64,000 bases of DNA from an uncultured Acidobacteriaceae bacterium (lineage in GTDB: Bacteria; Acidobacteriota; Terriglobia; Terriglobales; Acidobacteriaceae): the NCBI GenBank assembly GCA_963839125.1, contig CAWITV010000009.1, positions 106,272-170,271 on the forward strand, written 5' to 3'. Below the pieces are notes generated by a model. That model ran no database searches. It was not told the DNA's origin and saw only the letters and a program-made list of their open reading frames with translations. Made by a program: the position numbers and the translations under genes. This document shows positions 50,414-60,619 of this stretch, piece by piece; position 1 is the stretch's first letter, and every line of letters starts with the position of its first letter.

Positions 50414-51903
50414 TTGTCCTTAAATCTCTACAACACGATGTCGGGAAAAATCGAGGAGTTCCAATCCCTCGATGGGCAACAGGTTCGCATGTATGCCTGT
50501 GGACCGACCGTTTACGACTACGGACACATCGGCAATTTCCGCACTTTTGTGGCGATCGATATCCTGACGCGCTTCCTGCGGCAAAGCGGACGCACAGGTG
50601 CGGTACGTCATGAACATCACGGATGTGGACGACAAGATCATCCGCAACTCTGCCCGGGATGGCCTGAGCGTGAAGGAGTACACGGCGAAGTATGAAAAAG
50701 CCTTTCTCGAGGATTCGGCCGCTCTAAATATTGAGCAACCGATTCTCGTTCATGCGACGGATCATATTCCCGCGATGGCGAAATTCATTGCCAGATTGCA
50801 GGAGAAGGGCTTCGCCTATCGCGCGGAGGACGGTTCCTACTATTTTCGTATCGCTAAGATTTCCCGGCTACGGAAAACTCTCCAAACGCGATTTCGCCGG
50901 AATGGAAGATGGGGCGCGGGTCGATGTGGACGAATACGAAAAAGACAATGCGCGGGACTTCGCGCTCTGGAAGGCTCCCAAGCCCGGGAGAGGCATTCTG
51001 GGAGAGTGAAATTGGCCCCGGACGTCCGGGCTGGCACATCGAGTGCTCGGTGATGTCGATGGAAGAACTGGGGGAGACTTTCGATTTACATGCCGGCGGA
51101 GAAGATTTGATTTTCCCGCATCATGAAAATGAAATTGCGCAATCGGAAGCCCTGACTGGAAAGACCTTTGCTCATTTCTGGTTTCATGCGCGCTTTCTAT
51201 TGGTGGAAGGCGAGAAAATGTCGAAGAGCCAGGGCAACTTTTATACCCTGCGCGATTTGGTATTGAAAGGACACAAACCTTCCACAATCCGGTTCTTGCT
51301 GGCTTCGGTGCCCTACCGTCACCAACTGAATTTCACCTTCGACGGATTGCAACAGGCCGCAGCCTCGGTCGAGCGTCTCCGAAACTTCCAGGCACGGCTG
51401 ACCACCGGCCACTTTCTCGACGGCACAACTGACGCTATAACTGCGTTGGCAAAGCAGACTTCCGATCGTTTACGCGCGGGGTTAGAAGACGATCTGAATA
51501 CAGCGCAGGCACAAGCCGCGATCTTTGATTTGATCCGCGCTACCAATGCGGCCATGGACAATGGACAGGTCAAGAAAGGACGACGTGCCCCCTCTGCTCG
51601 CCGTATTGCATCAGTTCGACGAAATCTTTGTTGTGTTGAAAGATGATGACGGCCCGAAGATGCAATCCATCGCAACTTGGGCGAAAGCTGAAGGGCGCGA
51701 CTCGGACATCAGTGGCGAACTGAATCAAAGCGGTGGCATCGGGTCAACTATCGGACGCGGATATTGATAAAAAAATATCCGAAATGGAAACCGCGCGGAA
51801 AGCCCGCACCTTCGATGTCTCGGACAGAATTCGCGCCGAACTCACCAACGCCGGAATCCTGGTGGAAAATACGAAGGAAGGAGTGCGCTGGCGCCGGAAA
51901 TAG
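50414..51903 (+). pseudogene. cysS: Cysteine--tRNA ligase CysS, broken into six frames (shifts near 50590, 50860, 50990, 51570 and 51725)
   Basis: Colinear with E. coli CysS across all pieces: HIGN, NITDVDDKII, DFALWK, GRPGWHIECS, FPHHENEIAQS, KMSKS, and a C-terminal GVRWRRK ending at TAG 51901-51903. Confidence 0.9.
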
Positions 51904-51918
51904 AATCTCCCGACGTAT

Positions 51919-52609
51919 TTACCTTTCGCTTCTCCTCCACTGGTTCCTGTCCATAGCCCGCCGCGATCTTCTGCTTCCTTGTGGGATTACCGAGCCGGTG
52001 GTGTGATCCGCCGAAAGCTGTATCCAGCCCTTATGAGGATCGAGGATTGAAATGTATCCTCCGGGCGCGAGTTCGAGTTCTTTGGAAATTCTTTTCATAA
52101 AGTCCACTCGATCGCATTGTGTTGGCTCGAACCACGATGGTGTAATGAAATCCGAAACCATTACGCCTTCGATTTCGTATCCCAGGCTGTCCGCTTCCAC
52201 GGCGTCGCAAACTTCCAGTGCAAATAATTTTCCTTCTGGAGACTCCGCGCACCAGTTGATCCATGGATCCGCCAGCATCTCTAAAAGCTCGTGGCTTAAT
52301 GTTACGGTCCACGATGATCCGCTTCGAATATCGAGCGCGGCAAATACCTCGTCCCAGCGGTGCACCGGCGTTAGTCAGTTCGTGGTATCCGAGAGCTCCG
52401 GCCTGATCGGGATCATCCGTTACCACGATCTGCCACCATCCTTCGGTCAATTGCTCTGTTCGCGGTAAGAACTTCAGCGAGCAATCGAGATTCCAATAAG
52501 CATTGAAGTGCTGGGTCACCTGCCATTGCAGCGATGGAATTACGGCCTGAACCTGCGCGTCGCTGAGGCACGTGGATTCGTTGGTAATAGCAATAGTGGG
52601 AAGGCTCAT
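51919..52609 (-). pseudogene. Hypothetical ~230-aa protein with GYHE and SHELLEMLADP motifs, one frame disruption near 52365-52375
   Basis: GGTGAGGTGAGG RBS before the ATG at 52609. The pieces 52031-52609 and 51919-52365 join at ...HELTNAG / VHRWDEVFAAL. Confidence 0.55.
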
Positions 52610-52611
52610 CC

Positions 52612-53244
52612 TCACCTCACCACGCAAGCGCTTGCCGAAGATTGGAAGTTTGGAGAGGGCGCGCAAACCTGAAGGTTCCATTGCTTTTTTAGTTCCGCAG
52701 GATTGGGTACGACAATTTTCAAGCCAGGCGTCTTTTGGGAAGCGGTCAAAGCCGTTTGCGGCATGAGCGCAGCGAAACTCGAGACGGTGGTGAGAATCAA
52801 ATTGACGCCCGCCGTAACCCGAGTGGAAAGTGCTGGGTCGCTGATGTCGGCGGACTGCAATAGACTTGGCAGATTGTTGCTAAGAAGCGTAATTGTCGAT
52901 TGGATTTTTTGCAGCGTGTCCGCGCTGGGACTAGTTTTGTACTGGTTATAAAGACCTTGAAGAAGGTTAAGGTCTCTGGCGATTTCAGAAGAGAGAGTTT
53001 GAACCGCAGTCGCGTCTTTGGGGTTGACCTGTTGCCCTGTTTGCAAGGTCGCAACCAGAGTGGCGATGTTCAGTCCCATCTGTGTGAGCACCGGCAAATC
53101 GGCAATGGCCGTGCTGAGCCACTGCGAATTGCATCCCGTCAATAACAACGAGATGGATAGAACGATTGCGAACAAGAATTTGATTTTAGGATCCTGTGGG
53201 GATTGCGACAGACGCGCCGGGGACGTGCAAAATAAAGATTGCAT
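52612..53244 (-). CDS. Lipoprotein, helical, no recognised domain
   Basis: AAGGAG lies 9 nt before the ATG at 53244. Lipobox LLLTGC. Its stop is 2 nt from the next gene's ATG. Confidence 0.65.
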   Translation of the reverse strand: MQSLFCTSPARLSQSPQDPKIKFLFAIVLSISLLLTGCNSQWLSTAIADLPVLTQMGLNIATLVATLQTGQQVNPKDATAVQTLSSEIARDLNLLQGLYNQYKTSPSADTLQKIQSTITLLSNNLPSLLQSADISDPALSTRVTAGVNLILTTVSSFAALMPQTALTASQKTPGLKIVVPNPAELKKQWNLQVCAPSPNFQSSASACVVR

Positions 53245-53353
53245 ATGAAAAGCTCCTTTTAGGTTGTGTTTTTGAATGAAAATACGCGGATTATTCAAAT
53301 AAAAAAGACCGCGATCCCTTAAGGACCACGGCCCGTGATTCGCTTGCTATAAA

Positions 53354-54791
53354 TTAGGCTGCTTGCTCGTACGCGTGCGCCAGCCTCAAGATCGTCGATT
53401 CGTCAAAGTGTTTTCCGAAAATCTGCATTCCGATCGGCAACTTTTCTTTGGTGTGGCCGCATGGAATAGAAATCCCCGGAATGCCGGCCAGATTCGCCGT
53501 CACCGTATAAATATCTGCCAGATACATCGCCAGCGGATCATCCGACTTTTCCCCCAGCTTGAATGCCGCAGTCGGACTGGTGGGCGTGACGATTGCGTCC
53601 ACTTTGGTGAATGCTTCCTCGAAGTCGCGGGTCAGCAGCGTCCGAACTTTTTGTGCTTTCAGATAATACGCGTCATAATATCCGGCGCTCAAGGCATATG
53701 TTCCCAGCATAATGCGACGCTTTACTTCGGCCCCAAATCCCAGATCACGGCTTCGCCGGTACATCTCCGAAAGATTGTGCACGCCCTCTGCCCGATATCC
53801 GTAGCGCACTCCGTCGAAGCGCGCAAGATTCGAGGATGCCTCCGCCGTGGCGACAATGTAGTAAGTAGCAATGGCATATTCCGTATGCGGCAAGAGAGAC
53901 TGTCGACGATCTCGCAACCCAGTTTTGCCAGTTTCTGAGTCGCCTCTTCGATAGCCTTACGAACTTCAGCATCAAGGCCTTCCCCCATATATTCTCTTGC
54001 GATCCCAATCTTCAGGCCTCGCACCGGCTTCTCAAGCTCGGCGACGTAATCCGGCACCGGCAAATCTGCTGAGGTCGAATCCATTGGGTCGCGGCCGGCT
54101 ATCGTACGCAGAACGAGCGCGGCGTCCTTTACAGTTTTCGTGAGCGGACCAATGTGATCCAGCGATGACGCGAACGCTATCAAGCCATAGCGCGATACCC
54201 GCCCGTAAGTCGGCTTCAGACCAACTACTCCGCAGAACGACGCGGGCTGCCGGATCGAACCGCCAGTGTCTGTCCCCAGAGTGGCGACAGCTAAATCGGC
54301 CGCCACTGCCGCTGCCGATCCTCCGGATGATCCACCGGGAACGCGGCTCAAATCTCGCGGATTGTGCACCGGCTTCCATGCCGAATTCTCATTCGACGAA
54401 CCCATGGCGAACTCATCGCAATTCATTTTCCCCAAGATGACTGCGCCCGCAGATTCCATGCGCGACACCGCAGTGCAGTCATAGGGAGGAATGTAATTTC
54501 CCAGAATTTTCGACCCCGCCGTTGTGCGTACAGCAGCGCGTGACCAGAACATCCTTTATGCCAACCGGGCACACCGCCGAGCGGAGGCAGGCTTTTCCCG
54601 CTGCGCGACATCTCATCGATCGCGTTAGCCTTCTCAAGCGCACGTTCTTTGGAGAGAATTAAATAAGAGCCAATCTTCGGATCATCGTGTTCGATTTTTG
54701 CGTAGAACGATTCAGCCAGAGCGAGCGCAGATGTCTTTCCATCCTGCACCGCCTTGCGGGCGCCATCAATTGTGAGTAGGTTGAGATCCAT
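53354..54791 (-). pseudogene. gatA: Glutamyl-tRNA(Gln) amidotransferase subunit A GatA, two frame disruptions (near 54565 and 53900)
   Basis: Amidase signature [53 protein letters not shown]. The three pieces join colinearly. Confidence 0.92.
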
Positions 54792-54822
54792 TTCGAATGA
54801 ACGCGTATCGACGAAGCTGACT

Positions 54823-55161
54823 CTATCTCTCAATAACTTTCGGCACCCGAAAGAAAGTCTTGTCTGCATCCGGTGCGTTCGCCAAGGCTTCTTCGTGCGG
54901 CAAAGATTTTCTCAATCCTTCGAGAACATCTTCTCGGCTGGCATAGGCAAAACGCTCGCTGCCTTGTTTCGACTGATCGACTCCGTAACGGTCGGAGACT
55001 TGCGCCATCGGTTCGATACTCGATGTGTCCAGCTTCTCGAGCGTGTCAATGTGCCCGAGAATTGAATTCAGATCGCGCACCATGCGCTCGCGTTCCTCCG
55101 TGCTAAGTTCGAGGTTGCTGAGGCCGGCGACGTAGGCCACGTCTTTTTCAGTAACTTTCAT
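54823..55161 (-). CDS. gatC: Glutamyl-tRNA(Gln) amidotransferase subunit C GatC
   Basis: VAGLSNLELSTEERERMVRDLNSILGHIDTLEKLDT pattern, directly upstream of gatA. Confidence 0.9.
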   Translation of the reverse strand: MKVTEKDVAYVAGLSNLELSTEERERMVRDLNSILGHIDTLEKLDTSSIEPMAQVSDRYGVDQSKQGSERFAYASREDVLEGLRKSLPHEEALANAPDADKTFFRVPKVIER

Positions 55162-55174
55162 TTTTGAGGGATAC

Positions 55175-55471
55175 TCACTGAATAGGTTGTGCGATCACAA
55201 ATTCGATCCGGCTTACTCGATGTCCCACATAGCGATTAATAATCGCAAGGTATTGTCCGGCCATCGATTGCAATTCCGCGCGCCACCCTGCATCCGGAAC
55301 TTCGACCCGCAAAATCCCATCGGCATAACCCAAGGGGCGTGTTCTTTTCGACACTCTAGCCCCGCAAACCAAAGGCCAGGCGAGCATGGGTGCATCTTCA
55401 GCAGCCGCTTGTCGCAAACTCTTGACCAGAATCTTTTCCAGCCCGACGTTGACCGGTTCCATCAAGCGCAT
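55175..55471 (-). CDS. dciA: DUF721/DciA-family protein (putative replicative-helicase loader/operator)
   Basis: AWPLVCGARVSKRTRPLGYADGILRVEVPDAGWRAELQSMAGQYLAIIN...IEFV fits the DUF721 pattern. Confidence 0.7.
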   Translation of the reverse strand: MRLMEPVNVGLEKILVKSLRQAAAEDAPMLAWPLVCGARVSKRTRPLGYADGILRVEVPDAGWRAELQSMAGQYLAIINRYVGHRVSRIEFVIAQPIQ

Positions 55472-55643
55472 CGTCTAATCTTACATCCGAAGTTCGACGC
55501 AACTTAACCCTACATCCAGCATAGCAACTCGTATAAGCAGATTGCGCCACGAAACCAAAATTTATATTTGTATTGTATTCATCGAGTTGAAGACATTTCG
55601 TCTCTTTGGGGGTATTGACAAGATTTGCTCCCGAAAACCACTT

Positions 55644-56992
55644 TTAGGACTTTTCCAGTGGGAACTCGCTCATGACAAATTTTAATGCAGCCTCTCGCGA
55701 ATCCCATCGTCCTTCCAATTGTCCGTCCTCAACCGAAGCTAGAATTTGCTTAAACGCCGGTCCAGGCTTGAATCCTGCGCCAATCAAATCATCCCCGGTG
55801 ATAAGCGGCTTAGGATGGATAGCTTCCACCGGGATCGACGCCATTCTTTCTCTCGTGAAGTTATAAAGCGTCAGGTCGCCATGGGCGGCCTCGCAATCCA
55901 GGCGATGCAATTCCAGGTGTTCTTCGAATCGCGGCATGCGAATAAACCGCTTGAAAGTTGATTCCTTCATCCGCTGGACGTCGGCGAACCGCATGTGATT
56001 TTCTATCAGCGCAAGAATCTGCGCCGTATCGGTATTCGAGAAACGGAGGCGTTGACAAATACTTTCAGCAATCTTCACGCCCACGTCCACGTGTCCATCG
56101 AAACGAATGCGATCCGGCGCGATCCGAAAAGTCGCGGGTTTGCCGACATCGTGCAATAGAGCCGCCCATGCCAGAGTCGAAGTACAAGGGTGCGGCAGCT
56201 TTTCCAGCAACAGCATTGTGTGCACAAAAACGTCGCCTTCGGGATGAAATTGCGGAGGCTGCTGCGACCCCTTTCATCGCACGAATCTCGGGAAGTATCT
56301 CAACCAGCAATCCCGCGTTATCGAGCAAAAGAAAAGCATCTCGCGCATGGCCCTCGGTCAGCATTTTCGTCAATTCTTCCCGGATCCTTTCGGCGGATAC
56401 TTGGCGAATCTGTGGGGCCAAATGCTTGATCGTTTGCAAGAGTCTGCGGCTCGATGGCATAACCAAAGCGTGACGCGAACCGCACCGCTCGAAGCATGCG
56501 CAGTTTGTCTTCCGCAAATCTTCTCTCCGGATCTCCGATGGTTCGAATAATTCCGGCGTCCAGATCCGCCCGCCCCCCGACAAAATCGAGAACTTCGTTG
56601 CTTATGGGATCGAACAACAATCCGTTGATGGTGAAGTCACGCCGCTTAACATCCTCGCGAGGATCTTTGCTGAAGCGGACTTCATCGGGATGACGGCCGT
56701 CGGTGTATCCGATATCGCTGCGAAAAGTTGCAACTTCAACGGTCTCGTCGGCGTTGGCATCATCGTTTGGTAGAGGCACCAGCACGACGCCGAATTGAGC
56801 GCCTACGGCATAAGTTTCGGGAAAGATTTGCATTACTTCTTCGGGGGTTGCGTCGGTGCTGACGTCGTAATCCTGAGGCTCGCGGCCTAACAGCAAGTCG
56901 CGGACGCATCCGCCAACCAGGTAAGCCTGATGACCGCATTCGCGCAGCGTCCGAACGATTGAGTTGGCGAAGTCTCTAACCATAACGGGCAA
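55644..56992 (-). pseudogene. cca: CCA-adding enzyme / poly(A) polymerase-family tRNA nucleotidyltransferase with HD domain, two frame disruptions (near 56445 and 56270)
   Basis: GGCVRDLLLGREPQDYD, RDFTINGL and RFAEDKLRMLRAVRFA in the N-terminal piece. HPEGDVFVHT...LLHDVGKP is the HD part. Confidence 0.88.
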
Positions 56993-57046
56993 CGAGCCGT
57001 GTCTCTAATCATATAGATGATGAAAGCAAAACGCGATTCGAGAGAG

Positions 57047-57703
57047 TTAGGCTTCGGCGGGAATGGTCACAATCTTTTTCTGGATGGCGTAAGTAACCAG
57101 TTGCGCTTTGTTGTGAATATCTAATTTCCGCATCAGGTTGAATTTGTGAGCTTCGACCGTCTTAACGCTCAATCCAAGAAATGCGGCAATCTGTTTTACG
57201 GAATTACCCTCGGCAATGAGTTTGACAACCTCTCGCTCGCGCGGCGTCAGAGTGGAGCCCCGCGTCCCGGTTCTTGCTGAGCGGGAACGGAAATCGTCAA
57301 CCAGTTTGCCCAGAACTTGTGGGCTTAAATATTTTCGTCCCTGATAGACGTCGCGCACGGCTCCAATCAGTCGCGGCGCCGGCGAATCTTTCACCAGATA
57401 GCCTGCAGCCCCAACGCTCATGCATTGCAAAAGATATTCTTCTTCCTCATACATAGTGAGGAAAATAATCCGCACCTCCGGATGATCTCTGGTTAGCAAT
57501 CGTCCGGCTTCCAGGCTCGAGAGTCCCGGCATGGAAATGTCCATAATCACCACGTCCGGATGCAACTCCTCAACCTTCAGAATTCCTATCGTTGCGTCTG
57601 AAGCTTCGCCGACGACCTGAAGGTCAGGCTCGCTTTCAAGGACTCTCCGCAAGCCCTCGCGGAAGATCGTATGGTCGTCTATGAGGAGGCATCTTATTGC
57701 CAT
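57047..57703 (-). CDS. NarL/LuxR-family response regulator
   Basis: REC domain (LLIDDH, VIMDISMPG) plus the LuxR HTH LTPREREVVKLIAEGNSVKQIAAFLGLSVKTVEAHK. I prefer the ATG at 57703. Confidence 0.9.
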   Translation of the reverse strand: MAIRCLLIDDHTIFREGLRRVLESEPDLQVVGEASDATIGILKVEELHPDVVIMDISMPGLSSLEAGRLLTRDHPEVRIIFLTMYEEEEYLLQCMSVGAAGYLVKDSPAPRLIGAVRDVYQGRKYLSPQVLGKLVDDFRSRSARTGTRGSTLTPREREVVKLIAEGNSVKQIAAFLGLSVKTVEAHKFNLMRKLDIHNKAQLVTYAIQKKIVTIPAEA

Positions 57704-57975
57704 ATCAGCGCCCTGACCTGCGACGAATCTCATCGAGAAGCTCGCCAGTGCAACTGCCCTTATTTTGTCGAGTGCCAATCACGCGCGATGACATACCCCA
57801 GGACGGAGGCGCGTGGCGTGATGCACGGGCGGCGAAAGATTCAACAGCGCCGGATCGCAACTTCTTAGACAATTCCGCCCCTTCCATCAGGTACGACTCG
57901 GAGCCCACCGCAGCTTGACTATGATGATGCGTGGACGGCGGGGTTTGCCCAGCCCATCGGATACAATCCAAAGGA

Positions 57976-59151
57976 ATGTTGCGCTATTTCACTGCTGGCG
58001 AGTCTCACGGCGAGGCTTTAGTCGCGTTTCTTTCAGGGTTGCCTGCGGGACTCGATATCGATCAAAATTTTGTCGATCGCGAGCTTTGGCGGCGGCAACA
58101 GGGTTATGGCCGTGGCGGAAGGATGAAAATCGAGCGCGATACTGCTCATTTTCTGTCCGGTGTACGACATGGCAAGACCATTGGATCTCCGATTTCGGTC
58201 ATCCTGCAAAATAAAGATTGGAAGAACTGGACTGAATCACTTCCGGTAGAGATTGGAGATCCCGAAAAGCATAAGCGGGTCGCTTCTCCGAGGCCGGGAC
58301 ACGCTGATCTTCCTGGAGCTCTCAAATATAATTTTCCGGAGGCCAGATATGTCCTCGAACGCGCTTCTGCGCGAGAATCAGCCGCGAGGGTTGCGATTGG
58401 CGCCCTGGCGAAAATATTTTTGAAGGAACTGTCGATTGGCGTGCTCAGTCACGTGATCAGTGTTGGTTCAGCATCCCTGCAAGGGACGGAAACTTCCTGG
58501 GAGCAGCTCGAGGAACTGTGGCGGAAGGAAGAAGTTTTACTGAATTGCGCGGATGCCGATGCCGAGCAACGCATGAAACAAGAAGTGGACAAAGTTTTGA
58601 GGACCGGCGATTCCGTAGGTGGCGTGTTTGAAGTGGTCGCGCACGGCGTGCCTCCTGGCCTGGGAACCTACGCGCAGTGGGACGAACGATTGGACGGGCT
58701 TCTCGCCGGCGCAGTAATGTCATTGCAGGCGGTAAAAGCGGTAGAGATTGGAATTGGCGTCACCGCCGCGGGTTCCCCCGGTTCACAAGTGCATGACGAA
58801 ATCGCCTACCAAGGACAATCTGGATTCACGAACTTTTCACGAGCAAGGAATAATGCGGGTGGAATTGAAGGTGGAATCTCAAATGGCGAGGACATTCGGG
58901 TGCGGGGATATCTGAAGCCGATATCCACTTTGCGCCGTCCCTTGCAGTCGGTCGACTTCTCCACCCGGGAACCCGTGAAAGCGGCTTACGAACGATCTGA
59001 TGTATGCGTGGTGCCAGCCGCAGGAGTGGCGGCTGAAGCCATGGTGGCATTGACGCTCGCCCGCTGCGCTTTAGAAAAATTTGGCGGCGATTCCATGACC
59101 GAAACCATTCGCAATTTTGAAGGCTATCGCCAACAACTGAAAGACTACTGA
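57976..59151 (+). CDS. aroC: Chorismate synthase AroC
   Basis: MLRYFTAGESHG, RPGHAD and ERASARE signatures. Confidence 0.95.
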   Translation: MLRYFTAGESHGEALVAFLSGLPAGLDIDQNFVDRELWRRQQGYGRGGRMKIERDTAHFLSGVRHGKTIGSPISVILQNKDWKNWTESLPVEIGDPEKHKRVASPRPGHADLPGALKYNFPEARYVLERASARESAARVAIGALAKIFLKELSIGVLSHVISVGSASLQGTETSWEQLEELWRKEEVLLNCADADAEQRMKQEVDKVLRTGDSVGGVFEVVAHGVPPGLGTYAQWDERLDGLLAGAVMSLQAVKAVEIGIGVTAAGSPGSQVHDEIAYQGQSGFTNFSRARNNAGGIEGGISNGEDIRVRGYLKPISTLRRPLQSVDFSTREPVKAAYERSDVCVVPAAGVAAEAMVALTLARCALEKFGGDSMTETIRNFEGYRQQLKDY

Positions 59152-59164
59152 AGATTATCCATTC

Positions 59165-59674
59165 ATGATCTATCCCGTTGTGAAATTTGGAAATCCCGTG
59201 CTGGAGAAGCCTGCCCAGCCGGTTACGGTCTTCGACGCTGAGCTAAAAAAGCTCGTCGAAGATATGTTCGAGTCCATGTACGCCGCTCACGGTGTGGGTC
59301 TCGCTGCGCCGCAGATCGGCATCTCTAAGCGATTGGCAGTGATCGACGTCACTTTCAAAGAGGACCCGAAGGCCAGACTCGTTTTGGCTAATCCGGAGAT
59401 CATCCATAAGGAAGGCCGGCAAACTCAGAATGAGGGGTGCCTTAGTATCCCGGAATTCCGCGAACCACTCGCCAGGGCCAAGATCGTGACTGTCAAAGCG
59501 CAGGATGAGAATGGAAACTGGTTTGAGAAAACCGGCGAAGAGCTGCTCGCCCGTGCCTTCCTGCATGAAACCGATCATCTGAATGGCAAGCTCTACATAA
59601 GCCATTTGAGCGCGCTCAAGCGCGATTTGATCAAGCGAAAAATTCGAAAACTAATGAAGGCCGGTGAATGGTAA
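59165..59674 (+). CDS. def: Peptide deformylase
   Basis: GVGLAAPQIG, EGCLS and HETDHLNG motifs. Confidence 0.97.
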   Translation: MIYPVVKFGNPVLEKPAQPVTVFDAELKKLVEDMFESMYAAHGVGLAAPQIGISKRLAVIDVTFKEDPKARLVLANPEIIHKEGRQTQNEGCLSIPEFREPLARAKIVTVKAQDENGNWFEKTGEELLARAFLHETDHLNGKLYISHLSALKRDLIKRKIRKLMKAGEW

Positions 59675-59687
59675 AACGCGGTCGTTT

Positions 59688-60617
59688 ATGAATCTGGTTT
59701 TTTGCGGTACTCCTGAGTTCGCAGTTCCGACTCTCTCGGCGCTCGTTTCTTCCAATTTCGCGGTGCAACTTGTGGTTACCCAGCCGGATCGTCCGCGGGG
59801 CCGCGGCATGGAACTGGCTTTCTCTCCCGTTAAGCAACGGGCTGTTGAGCTGGAATTGCCGCTGACCCAACCGGAGAGAATTAAGAACAATGTGGAATTT
59901 CGCGAACAGCTCAACACAATTCGTCCCGATGCGATCATTGTGGTTGGCTACGGGCGCATCATTCCGCAATGGATGATAGATCTGCCTCGTCTAGGAAATA
60001 TCAATCTTCACGCATCCTTGCTGCCAAAATATCGGGGCGCTGCGCCGATTCAGTGGGCTATTGCCTCTGGCGAATCAATCACCGGCGTCACCACCATGCG
60101 CATTGATGCAGGCCTCGATACCGGAGACATCTTGCTGCAAAAAGAAGTTCTAATCGATGAAGCTGACACTGCAATTACTTTCGGACCGCGGCTGGCGCGA
60201 ATTGGAGCGGATCTGATGTTGGAAACGTTGCAGGGTCTGCAAGCTGGCACGCTTCATGGTCGAGCACAGAATGATGCCGAGGCCACTTTAGCGCCGATTC
60301 TTACTAAAGAAGATGGACGCGTCGACTTCCATCGCACCGCGCAAGAAACCTTCAATCGCCTGCGGGGTTTCCAACCCTGGCCCGGGGCATTCACTACGTT
60401 CCGCGGCAAGAACTTGAACATCACTCAAGCCAAGCCCTTGCAGCGATCGCTTTCTGAGCGAAGCATCCTGGTGGAGGAAAATCATCTTCTGGTCGGTTGC
60501 GCGCAGAACACGGCACTCGACATTATTGAATTGCAACCCGACGGCAAGAAACGCATGCCAGCGCGGGACTTTATCCATGGCTACAAGCCCACATCGTCCG
60601 AAGTGCTGGGGACATAG
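59688..60617 (+). CDS. fmt: Methionyl-tRNA formyltransferase
   Basis: VFCGTPEFAVP, NLHASLLPKYRGAAPIQWAI, and def-fmt synteny. Confidence 0.95.
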   Translation: MNLVFCGTPEFAVPTLSALVSSNFAVQLVVTQPDRPRGRGMELAFSPVKQRAVELELPLTQPERIKNNVEFREQLNTIRPDAIIVVGYGRIIPQWMIDLPRLGNINLHASLLPKYRGAAPIQWAIASGESITGVTTMRIDAGLDTGDILLQKEVLIDEADTAITFGPRLARIGADLMLETLQGLQAGTLHGRAQNDAEATLAPILTKEDGRVDFHRTAQETFNRLRGFQPWPGAFTTFRGKNLNITQAKPLQRSLSERSILVEENHLLVGCAQNTALDIIELQPDGKKRMPARDFIHGYKPTSSEVLGT

Positions 60618-60619
60618 CC

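Noticed and set aside
50414-51903. Programmed ribosomal frameshifting or recoding in cysS and the other split genes.
   Set aside because: There are five shifts of mixed sign in one housekeeping gene, with no slippery heptamer or stimulatory structure pattern and with similar breaks in unrelated genes. Sequence error is far more likely.
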